From contig JBDKRC010000196.1 of the NCBI GenBank assembly GCA_039683575.1, positions 23,720 through 87,719 on the forward strand: a DNA stretch of 64,000 nt, read 5' to 3'. Both the position numbers and the translations under genes were made by a program. The stretch is from Armatimonadia bacterium (GTDB taxonomy: Bacteria > Armatimonadota > Zipacnadia > Zipacnadales > UBA11051). Numbering within the stretch: position 1 is the stretch's first letter; every line of letters begins with the position of its first letter. A model generated the notes under the pieces. It saw only the letters and a list, made by a program, of their open reading frames with translations, was not told the DNA's origin and searched no databases. Positions 19,397-29,000 of this stretch are shown piece by piece.

Positions 19397-22300
19397 TTAC
19401 CGTGTTACCGAGAATGGATGGATTGCCTGTACAGTCTGTCCATCCTCGGCCCGAGCGGTAATGCGGGCGAGATATCTGCCCGACGGAGCCTTCAAGCCGC
19501 GTTCGTTGCAGCCGTTCCAGACTGCGGTCTGACTCGTCCCCGCGGCCACCGAGCGTTCAGCGACTCTGCCGATCAACATACCAGAGATGTTGCGAATCTC
19601 CACGCTCACGTTCGACTGGCGCGTCACTGAGTAGGTGAACATCACCTGTCCCCCGCGAGCTGATGCCGACGAGACGGAATTGACCGTCAGCAAAGTGCTC
19701 TTCTGGTCCGAGGCCGTGATGCGCAGATGACGCACTCCCGGCTCAGCCATGGTGAACGTGTAACCGGTGGCGGTGCGCATGTATACGCTGTTCCCACTAT
19801 CGAGGTCTTCCATTCGCATGCTCAGACCGCGTGGTAGGGACGCGTTCAGACGCGGCCAAGATACGGTGACCGGGACGTCTTTCAGCCGACACGACACCTC
19901 AACATCCCATTCCTGTTTCGTCGAGGCGGCGCTGCGCACATCCTTTGCGAGGGTACCCTCGCTGTTGGGAATGTACATCCGCAATGCGTCGACCAGCGGC
20001 GGCGGCTCGGATACGTCCACCCCAAGGTCATAGCCATCGGTCGCAGCGGCACTGACGCCGATATAGTTGATCGGGTCCTCATACTTGCCAGCACGTGCTT
20101 GCAGTTGCAGCAACCAGTTGTCTGTGGTGCCTTGCACTGGCTTGGCAGTGGTCTGCCTCTGGCGCGTCGCGACGATCTGTGCAGTCGTGGAAGTGTTGTG
20201 CACGACCAGCGTCGCGTCCTTGCGCACGTGGAGCCAGTAGCCCTTCAACGGCGCAAGCGTGTCTTCAGTCGGGTCGGTCGGGAAATCGTAGTAGCCGCCG
20301 CCTGCGTTGCTGACGAAATCGTAAAGCACACCCTCGGTAACCGGGCTGTTGGTCGAGTCCATCGCCTCACGCAGGTCTTGTCGTCCGTTGGCACTCACAA
20401 ACTCGACGCTACCCCAGTCCACGTTGTCCTCATATGGATTCCCAATGAGGTTCCAGCCCTTTGGTTGGTCTGAGCCGTAGATGAGCTTGATGTCATAGCT
20501 CGCGTCGGTGAGACCGTTGGCAGTCACGCTGAGCATGCCGGTGGTTCGCAGGCTCAGGAAGTAGCCGAGACCTGCAGGCGGCTTCGCCACGAGGTTGTCG
20601 GGCGGGGCGAACCCTGCGAACTCGTCAGGGTACAGGTGGTACTTGCTTGAGCGGCTGTCGGTGGGAACCCATCGCAGCAAGGACATGTTCTCCAGCGGCA
20701 CGCCAAAGACCACAGCCGGATCAGCTTCGCTCAGGTCTGGATATGGAAGCGCAATGATGTGTAGCCCTGCTGCGATGCTCGGGGTGGCAACGCGGAAGTA
20801 AACGGTAGCCCCCTTCGAGGGATTGCCCGCCTGGTCAGAGACCATCATGCTGACCTGGTGACGCGTGCGCGTCAGATTCGACAAGACAAAGCTTATCTGC
20901 CCCGTCTCGTGGTCAACTCGCAGGTCGGTTGCTGGTGAGATTGCCACCAGGTTGGTGCCATCGGTCTTGACAACAGCCTTGCCGTCATATTTGGCAACAA
21001 AGGTGTCCCAGTTGATCTCGCCGCTGTCGGACAGGGTGGCAATCACTCTGGGCGAGGCACTGGTAATGGTGCTGTTGTTCAGGGGGAAGTCGATGACGAT
21101 CACCGGCAGGTCGTCGTCCGTCTCCTGGCCTACCCGCAGCGACAGCCGGCCGCCCGCGTACGGCGTGTCATTGCCTTCGTCAATGTCAGGGAACTCCGTC
21201 TGGTACTCGTCGATGGTGTACTTCCTCGCCATGACCTTGAGCAGGCTCTGCAGCGTCGAAGGGGCGCGCGCGGAGTCTTCGGAGAGAAGCAATGCCACCG
21301 CACCGGCCACATGTGGCGCCGCCGCCGAAGTACCCATGAACGGATTTAGGCCATATCCCGCAGCCGCCGCTGCGCCACCAATGGTGACCGCATCGGGAGC
21401 CAGGATGTCGGGTTTTCCACGTGTCGTGCCCACACCCAGCTTGTACGACGAGAACGGCTCCATATGATCAATCTGGACCGCCGCCAACTCCGGGGTCGCG
21501 GGCGGGGAGACGATGAGATTGGTGCCACGGACTGCGCCAACCGCATACGCACCAGTAGCTTCCGCTGGCACCGCCAAACTCTCGTCACCGACGCGCAGGT
21601 CGCGACTGGCAATATCGAAATTGGGGGAGAAGTACTGCAGTTTGACCGCGGGGATCTCGCTCTCCGCCGGGAGATTCGCGTTGACGTATTGGATCCGCAC
21701 TACGTACTGGCCAGCCGTGCGGATGTCAACCCAAAGCTGCTCCTGCGGCGGGTCGTCACCATTCTGGGTCACCGCGGAGCGAGTGATCTCTCGGGTGCCA
21801 GTGCTGTCGAACAGGACAATATCAAAGTCGTTCGCAGTCTCCCCACCGTCGCCCGGCATATACCAGGAGAGATAGACTTGAAATGCGCCGACCGGGAGGT
21901 CATAGCGCAGTTCGTCCGTCGAGCCATCTAGCTCTACGTATGAGTCATCGTCGGTGTTCTCGGCAATGCCGGACCAGTGCTGCTGAGCCCAGTTCCCTGC
22001 AGCGTTGACCCAGAAAATCCCAGCCTCGCGTGCCCGGTTTACGGCCTGTGAGGCCCGGTGTGTCCCATCAAACGGTCCGTCCGCGAAACCCAGCGACATG
22101 ACCACTACTTGGACCTGCGTGCTGATCAGGTAGGTCACAGCGCTGTCGATCGAGAGAGCACTGTCAGCGGCCACGAGAGTCATGTCACAATCGGGCGCCA
22201 TGTCGGCGACGATCTGAGCCACTGCCGTTCCGTGTGCGGTCGTGAACGCGTTGTTGTCGGACCGGTAGTTGACTATATCACTGGCAACTACGGGAACCTC

Positions 22301-22828
22301 GGCGTCCAACCCTAAGAAACCCTCGTCAACAACGGCCACTTTCACATTCTGGCCGGTAAAACCATTGAGTTGCATCGACTGGGCGTTAGTCATAGTCACG
22401 CCCTGCGACACTGTCCCGCCATAGCCTTGCAGAGGGAGCGCTTTGACGGGAGGAGCAATCTGGGCGACCTGCGGTAGCGCGGCAAGCCGCACGAGTTGAT
22501 CCGCTGGCACCATCGCCTGCACTTCGCGACCGCCCCGGCGTTCGGTCCTAACGCCATACTGCGACAGATTCGTTGCGGCCGCACCAGCGGGGCTACGGAA
22601 GTAAATGTTGACCCACACGAACTTGCCCTGCATGCGCACGCCAGATTTGGCGGCAGAGGCCGAACTGATTGTACCGCTTTCCGCACTCAGGGCCAGCGTT
22701 CGCAGTGGGCCGGCCAAGTCCGCCAACCCCGCGGGGTCCGCGGCATATAGACTCGCCGTCACGCCGAGCAGGATGATGGTTAGGCATGCCGCGAGCCGGC
22801 TTCGTCCGGTTGATAGTCCAAGGCTCAC
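19397..22828 (-). CDS. Exported S8 subtilisin-like serine peptidase with shared C-terminal module and FlgD-type Ig domain
   Basis: VAVVDEGF (Asp), AHGTAVA (His), AAGN (oxyanion), KPDILAP, GTSAAAPHVAG (Ser). Start GTG 22828 has a GGAGG SD; the ORF track starts at 22900. Confidence 0.88.
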   Translation of the reverse strand: MSLGLSTGRSRLAACLTIILLGVTASLYAADPAGLADLAGPLRTLALSAESGTISSASAAKSGVRMQGKFVWVNIYFRSPAGAAATNLSQYGVRTERRGGREVQAMVPADQLVRLAALPQVAQIAPPVKALPLQGYGGTVSQGVTMTNAQSMQLNGFTGQNVKVAVVDEGFLGLDAEVPVVASDIVNYRSDNNAFTTAHGTAVAQIVADMAPDCDMTLVAADSALSIDSAVTYLISTQVQVVVMSLGFADGPFDGTHRASQAVNRAREAGIFWVNAAGNWAQQHWSGIAENTDDDSYVELDGSTDELRYDLPVGAFQVYLSWYMPGDGGETANDFDIVLFDSTGTREITRSAVTQNGDDPPQEQLWVDIRTAGQYVVRIQYVNANLPAESEIPAVKLQYFSPNFDIASRDLRVGDESLAVPAEATGAYAVGAVRGTNLIVSPPATPELAAVQIDHMEPFSSYKLGVGTTRGKPDILAPDAVTIGGAAAAAGYGLNPFMGTSAAAPHVAGAVALLLSEDSARAPSTLQSLLKVMARKYTIDEYQTEFPDIDEGNDTPYAGGRLSLRVGQETDDDLPVIVIDFPLNNSTITSASPRVIATLSDSGEINWDTFVAKYDGKAVVKTDGTNLVAISPATDLRVDHETGQISFVLSNLTRTRHQVSMMVSDQAGNPSKGATVYFRVATPSIAAGLHIIALPYPDLSEADPAVVFGVPLENMSLLRWVPTDSRSSKYHLYPDEFAGFAPPDNLVAKPPAGLGYFLSLRTTGMLSVTANGLTDASYDIKLIYGSDQPKGWNLIGNPYEDNVDWGSVEFVSANGRQDLREAMDSTNSPVTEGVLYDFVSNAGGGYYDFPTDPTEDTLAPLKGYWLHVRKDATLVVHNTSTTAQIVATRQRQTTAKPVQGTTDNWLLQLQARAGKYEDPINYIGVSAAATDGYDLGVDVSEPPPLVDALRMYIPNSEGTLAKDVRSAASTKQEWDVEVSCRLKDVPVTVSWPRLNASLPRGLSMRMEDLDSGNSVYMRTATGYTFTMAEPGVRHLRITASDQKSTLLTVNSVSSASARGGQVMFTYSVTRQSNVSVEIRNISGMLIGRVAERSVAAGTSQTAVWNGCNERGLKAPSGRYLARITARAEDGQTVQAIHPFSVTR

Positions 22829-22904
22829 GTACGTACCTCCTGCCGGCACGCCCGCGCCGGCTACTGTTGTAATGCTTTGTGGACTGCGATACTGCTTCAC
22901 GACA

Positions 22905-24047
22905 TTACTCCGTACTACTGGATGGTGCGCCGATCCACATTCCGCTCACTCGTCCCCATGATTCCCGCAGGTACGCTGCCCAACCCGTGATCGCCGCCAG
23001 TTCGAACTCTTTTGCGTATCCGGCCGGCACTTCCTCAACGGTCGGTGGGTAGTAGATCCCCAGGCCCGGGGTTTCCCCGCCCTGCCCAGCCCCCTGCCAT
23101 CGCGCCACCACCATATCATCCACCGCCGCTATCACCTGCGCGCTCGCCTGGCTAACCTCTGCATTGGCGGTATTGCCCTGCAGGCGCGCGGCCAACTCGC
23201 GCACGTCACACAACTCGTTCTTCTCGCCCCAGCTTCTGGTACGGCTGCGCACGAATGTCATCGTCGGCGCGAGCTCAACCAGATGGCTTCGTAGAGCCGC
23301 AGTCAGTGTACTGAGCCCCGACGATACCGCTGGTAACCGCTCCAGGTCGAGCGCAAGCAGCGCGACGGGACCGTCACCGGGCATACCAGCCTCCACCACG
23401 TTCCGCGCAACGTCCACTGGCTGTGAGTTGCTGGACGCCAGTGCCTCTGACCAGGCCAGACCAGGGCTGTAGATGAGCCCCGGAGCGGCGGTGAGGAATC
23501 GGCACGTGCCCCGCAACTCATACGCTACTTCGAGACTGCCGCCGAAACACGTGTCGAGCCCAACCAGATCCAGCGGGCATCCTAGCCCTGCAACGGCCGG
23601 CTCCAGTTCCTGTCGCAGCGACCGCGGTGGCAGCCCTGCCGCTCCCTGCGCTCGGAGTAACCCGCTGCCATGCCCCATCACCAGCAGGGCATAGTGCTTA
23701 GCTGGCAGCGTGTCCAGCGCTGAGGCCACGAAAGATCCCAAAACGCCCTTCACTGAACCCTTGGGTAACGGCGCCTGGTCGTCGGTTCGAGCCCCGTGGG
23801 CCCTTATCAGACAACGCTCAGCCGAATTGCGGTCCACCTGATCTGGCAGCATGATCATCGCCAGATTGTAGCCCTGCTTGCGAGCTGTATCCGCAAGCTG
23901 GCTCTGGTAATGCTGAGCGGCCTCGGTCAAGCCGCCTCGGGCTTCAAGGTACGCCAGTATGGTCCATGCCGGCTGCGCAGATGCAAGTCCGTGCACCGCA
24001 GCAGCCAGCATGCATAGGGTCAGGATGCAGACGGTGCGGCTGTTTAT
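22905..24047 (-). CDS. Clostripain-family (C11, clan CD) cysteine peptidase
   Basis: WTILAYL, PAKHYALLVMGHGSG (His), LDLVGLDTCFGGSLEVAYEL (Cys), GLGIYYP. Start uncertain: ATG 24011 or an ATA at 24047 that restores a full signal peptide. Confidence 0.8.
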   Translation of the reverse strand: MNSRTVCILTLCMLAAAVHGLASAQPAWTILAYLEARGGLTEAAQHYQSQLADTARKQGYNLAMIMLPDQVDRNSAERCLIRAHGARTDDQAPLPKGSVKGVLGSFVASALDTLPAKHYALLVMGHGSGLLRAQGAAGLPPRSLRQELEPAVAGLGCPLDLVGLDTCFGGSLEVAYELRGTCRFLTAAPGLIYSPGLAWSEALASSNSQPVDVARNVVEAGMPGDGPVALLALDLERLPAVSSGLSTLTAALRSHLVELAPTMTFVRSRTRSWGEKNELCDVRELAARLQGNTANAEVSQASAQVIAAVDDMVVARWQGAGQGGETPGLGIYYPPTVEEVPAGYAKEFELAAITGWAAYLRESWGRVSGMWIGAPSSSTE

Positions 24048-25933
24048 CTTCGGCCCGACCTCCCTGCACCGGTCCAGCCGCCGTGGCGCGCCGGGATCGG
24101 CGTGCGAACCCCTGCACTCGTGGGCGTCGGCGGCGGCGTCAGAGCAGTTGTGAACTTCCGCATCTCGCTGTAGAGGAAGCCGGACTTGCCGTTGTAGACG
24201 GGCCTATGGGGGTCTGCGCTCTGCCGCGCTCCCACCCGCCACCAATAGGTAGTCTCTGCCGACAATGGCCCTCGCAGCACGGCACTCTGCGGCGTTGAGG
24301 TGGTACCAGTCGTGCGGGCAATCGCTGTCCGGAACAGCGGTTCGCTGGTGCCATCTGGATCGCTCTCAGGGAATACTTCAACCTGGTATTCATTCGCCCC
24401 AACCGTCGACTGCCAGGTGAAGGTGATATCCTCGGTGGTTACGCTCGTAGAGTTGGCAGCCGGCGTGGAGCCAAGTACAGGCGGCACGAAGAAGGTAACG
24501 GGGCCACACGCGGCGCTTGCCTCGCTGATCGCATTCGAGGGATCGACTTCAAGGTTCGGCTCAGGCAGGTCAACCACCTGGGCGGTGCCGATTGGAGGGT
24601 TGGTGCCGGGCGGCTGCAGCGGATCGATGATCCGGCGGACCCGATAGAAGTACCGGCTGCCAGCGACCAATGGATTGTCGACGTACGCGTATGTGACGGT
24701 GCCCTGGTCGATCTCCCCATCCTCATTGCGGTAGTCGAACTCGAACTCGGTATCGGCGAATTCAGTCGTTAGTGCCTCGTCGCTGAAAACGCTGAAGCCG
24801 GGATCGTTCGTGACGGCTATGATGTTCGTGGCCGAAGTCAGGAAGTTCCTGTTGTTGGTGCCGCGGTAGACTACAAAGCCATGGGTTGTCGCGCCCGCGG
24901 TCGACCCGGTGTGAATGCGCAGTTCGATGGTCGGTACCGCGCCAGGCGCCTCCTGATTCATGAAGCAGTCTACTGATGAGGGGCTGGCCGAGGTTGACCC
25001 GGTACCGATAGCAGCCACTCCAACAAGCAGCAGAAGCGCTGCCAGCATCTGACTGCCGCGCTTAACCTTCTTGCTTCGTTCCTCGGCGGCCATCGCACTT
25101 ACAGGCTTGTAAATACGGTAGATCCGGTCGCCGGTCGTGGGTATGGCGCCCTGAACCGCACGGGCGGTGGACATGCCAGCCTCGGCGTCCGCGATGCGGA
25201 TGACGCCGACGCGCCGCATGATTACCTGCTCTACGTCCGGCTGCCATGTCGGCCGCATGACCAGCATGTCATCGCCGCTTGAGATGCCGTCGTCCGTTCC
25301 CAGGTTGATGTTGATATTGCCCTGGTCATCAACCATCTCTACGGCACCGCGGCGCACCGTCGCGCTGAGCATCTGCTCAACGCCGGCCTCAGCCGCCTGC
25401 CGCATTGCCTCATGCGTGACCTGAGCCACGTCGCCACTGAACCCTGGGATCGGCTTGGTCTGGATGCTTACCGCCGCGCCGTCCAGGTATTCGCCGATGG
25501 CTACGTCGAGCAACTGCAGATGCAGCACCACGCGCGCCTGGCCGTTGCTGGGGTCGACCCGCAGGTCAGCCAGATTGCCCACGAGGACTTTCTCAACATG
25601 CAGGCGCTGACCTAGTCGCACCTGCTCCGGAGTGGATAGCGGCGGCTTCATCCGCAGCGCCTGCATCTCCCGGTCCAGGTCCACTGTCGAGGTGACAATG
25701 TACTCCTTGCGGTCCTCGAGCGCCAACGCCGCGGCGGCCGTGACCTCGCGCATGAGCGCGGGCGTTGCGCGGTTTGTCAGGTCCTGGAATGGCACCACGG
25801 CTACTGCCGGGACATTCTGGGCGGCTTGGCCAAATGCCGATGGCAAGTACACCAAGCCCTGGGGGGTGAGCATCGCCACCATAATGATGTAGGCGACGAT
25901 GCGACTCACCGAATTTCTGCGTAACTGCTGCAT
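24044..25933 (-). CDS. Exported protein: CsgG/TolB_N-like domain + FlgT C-terminal-like domain + internal hydrophobic helix + FN3 domains
   Basis: AVAVVPFQDLT...VRLGQRLHVEKVLVG; ININLGTDDGISSGDDMLVMR..VGVIRI (FlgT_C-like); KKVKRGSQMLAALLLLVGVAAIG; YFYRVRR and TFTWQSTVGANEYQVEV..TTYWWRVGA (FN3-like). Start ATG 25933. Confidence 0.6.
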   Translation of the reverse strand: MQQLRRNSVSRIVAYIIMVAMLTPQGLVYLPSAFGQAAQNVPAVAVVPFQDLTNRATPALMREVTAAAALALEDRKEYIVTSTVDLDREMQALRMKPPLSTPEQVRLGQRLHVEKVLVGNLADLRVDPSNGQARVVLHLQLLDVAIGEYLDGAAVSIQTKPIPGFSGDVAQVTHEAMRQAAEAGVEQMLSATVRRGAVEMVDDQGNININLGTDDGISSGDDMLVMRPTWQPDVEQVIMRRVGVIRIADAEAGMSTARAVQGAIPTTGDRIYRIYKPVSAMAAEERSKKVKRGSQMLAALLLLVGVAAIGTGSTSASPSSVDCFMNQEAPGAVPTIELRIHTGSTAGATTHGFVVYRGTNNRNFLTSATNIIAVTNDPGFSVFSDEALTTEFADTEFEFDYRNEDGEIDQGTVTYAYVDNPLVAGSRYFYRVRRIIDPLQPPGTNPPIGTAQVVDLPEPNLEVDPSNAISEASAACGPVTFFVPPVLGSTPAANSTSVTTEDITFTWQSTVGANEYQVEVFPESDPDGTSEPLFRTAIARTTGTTSTPQSAVLRGPLSAETTYWWRVGARQSADPHRPVYNGKSGFLYSEMRKFTTALTPPPTPTSAGVRTPIPARHGGWTGAGRSGRR

Positions 25934-25988
25934 GGGGTGTGCTCTCCCTCCCACAGTATCTCGGCACGGCAAATGGCACGGCGACGGC

Positions 25989-26017
25989 AGTATATCATGC
26001 ACTTCTTCAACTGTAAA
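25989..26017 (-). promoter_or_regulatory. Internal sigma70-type promoter of the exported-protein locus
   Basis: Minus strand TTTACA (26017-26012), 17 nt, TATACT (25994-25989) with TG extension. Confidence 0.6.
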
Positions 26018-26044
26018 CGAGACGCGCGCAGCCCCCAGAGGCGA

Positions 26045-29000
26045 CTACCGCGCACCCTTGTATAGCGGCATAACAGCCCGGGCTTCCTGCCCGCTGTCGG
26101 TGCGGCCGATGATGGTGACCAGGTAACGCCCGTTCGGTGCAGTGTTGCCCCGGGCATCACGGCCGTCCCACAGCAGCGTGTTCTGGCCGGCGGCCTGGTG
26201 CTCACTGTCAGCCAGTTGCCTGATCGTGCGGCCCGCGATGTTGCAGATGACTGATGTCACCTGCGCCGGACGCGACAGCACATAGCTCACTGAGATGGCG
26301 CTGCCGTTGGTGGACGCTGCCATCGGGCTGATCGCCAGTTGGCCCAGGCCCTGCGGCGTAACCACGACCTGCAACTCTCGCTCGGTGTCACTCGCCGTGA
26401 ACACATAGCTCGAGTTCGTCCGCATATACACCTGCTGCCCCGTCTTCGTGTCCACCAGCAGCGGTCGCACGTCCTTGGGCAGTTGCGACAGATCCGGCCA
26501 CCCAACCCGCACCTTCTGCCCCACTTGGTTCGTATAGACCTTCAGTTTCCAGGTGTTCTTCTGGCCCGTCGGGCGAACGTCTACGCCGTAGTTGCCCGCC
26601 GAGTTTGACCAGCCGCTGTTGTCAATGGCCGTGTACACGTAGGCGCCCATGGCAGGAACCGGAGGCTTGGCCTGGTCCAGGTTGAAGTCGCAGCCCTCGG
26701 TGGCGCCAGTCGCGGCTCCCAGGTACGTCGCGGTGTCCGCGGTCCCCGCAACTGCGGTCTTCAGTTGCAGCAGCCACCCATTTTCTACGCTCGGCGCATA
26801 CGACCGCTCTTGCCCCGCTGCCAGCCCGCCGACGCTCTCGGTCAGGATCAGGTAGCATGGCTGATTGGCCTTGAGCCAATAGCCGGTGTACGGGGACAGC
26901 ACGCCGACGGTCTGGTATCCGCCCAGTACGTACGCATACAGCCCCGAACCCAGCATTCCTCTCGACAGTGCCTCCTGCAGCGTGTACACCGACGTACCTG
27001 AGCGAACGCTCCCGGTGTAGAAGTCAATCCGGCTCTGGTGCGGGCAGCCGACCAGATTCCAGCCCGCGGAAAGCGGGATCTCGACGGTGTCCGTAGAGGC
27101 AACGCCCTCCACCGACAGGTCCGCCGAGGCCGTCAGGTTCATCCAGTAGCCTGTGCCCAGGCGGAACCGGTCAGCCGGAGCTTCCGGATACAGCCGGTAG
27201 CGCTGCCTCGTGGTCTCCCATGTCGCCATGCGCAGGCTCGAAGAGCTCACACCGAGCATGGTCGCGGGGTCAACATCACTGTAATCCCACGGGAAGGATA
27301 CCAACTGCAGGCCCTTGGGGAACGTGTGCAGGGCGTCCATCGTGAAGTTGACGTTGTACGTCGTCGCTCCACTCTCGACAGTTGCCTGCTGGCTCGTCGG
27401 CTGGGCCGTCATCCCGATCTTCTCTGCGACGACGGTCAGTTCCCCGGAAGGCACGTTGTCTACCAGGAAGTTCTGCTCGATCCCATTCTCATCTTCCGTG
27501 ACAACCGTGCTGCTGGTGGTCGTCTGGCCAACCAGCCTGTCGCCGAACATCAGCCGGACCGTCACGCCGCCTATGAAGGCGCCGGTTCCTGCGCTGACCA
27601 CGCGGCCGGCCACTTTTCCTGGCGGAGCCGTCTCAAGGGCTATCGGCGGATCAACGTTCAGGGTCGTCGCCGGCTCGACGGTGACGCTGCGCGGCGTGGA
27701 GACGCTGTAGCCGGCCGCTCCCGCCGTTAGCGAATACTGCCGCGGCGGCAGGTTCAGAGTCGCGTCGCCATTCTGATCCGTGTAGGCCGTGACGGTGGTG
27801 CCGGCGCTGTCCACGGCGCTTACGCGAGCGTTCACCACGGCCTTACCGTCAGTTGCCGTGACTACTTTCACGTTCACGCTGCCGTTCGCGGCATCCAGCC
27901 GGAAGTCAAGCGTGGTGGTGTCGCCGACGCGCACCACGGCCTTGGACTGCTTGGACCCGTAGGAAATCTCCGCCCCGTTCGCCGTCACCAGGTACTCGCC
28001 TGGAGGGATGTTGGGCAGCATGTACCGACCGTCTGCGCCGGTGTAAACCGTGGTGGGAAGCTCGTCCTGTGACGGCGGGTTGTCCATATCCGGATCCGGA
28101 ACAATCGACACCGCGACACGCGACAGTGGCTCCTTGCTCGTTCGGGACGTCACCGTGCCGGCAATCGCGCCCGGCTTTTCCTTCTCGATCGTGAAGTCAA
28201 CCGTTCGCGGTAGCTGTCCACCGTGGACAAACTCGCCCTCGTAGTGGTCAATCGCTGTATAGCCTGGCCGGACTACGTCGATGTTGTAACGGCCCGGCGG
28301 CAGCCCCTGCACGATGTAGGTACCGTCTTCCTGGCAACGCACGGCGTACTTCACAACATCGGTCCCGGCGGTCGTGGTCACGCTCACCCGGACCACAGGT
28401 GTCGGGTCATTCACTGCCTGCCCGGCGTCGCTAACCGAGAGCACAGTCCCCTGGAAGCCGCCAGTCCGCGACCAACATGCAAAGTTGTGAATCAAGTGGC
28501 TGCGGTGGTTGCGGCACCGGGACGGGGTAACGTCGTATCCACGATGTATCTGCTCGAGGCCGAAGGATAGGAAAACCACCTTACCGCCCAGAGTATTCCC
28601 CGTATACTCGTATCGCACGCCGACGCAGGGCCCGAAAGCTGTCCCCTCATCGGCGGCGGCGCCATAGATCTTTGTCGACCCCAGCGGCGTAAGCGAGTCC
28701 GGCCGGATGGACCACTGCGCAGCATCCGTGTACCATGGGCTGCTCGGCCGTGTCACGCGTGCTGACTTCAGCGGCAGTGGCGAATCGTCGCTTGCCGTCC
28801 AGTTGGGCCAGTCTCCAGCGTGGGAACCGCCGCCCGCAACCCCCGGGACATTCCATGCGTCGTCCGATACCGGATCGTTCCCCAGGCCACCCACCCCGAA
28901 TTCCTGTGCCGTCCGCTCCATGTTGAAGGGGTTAGTGCCGTTTGGCCCAACAGCGCAGTCAGCCAGGAAGCTGACTTGAAGTATGTTGGTGACAAAGCTG

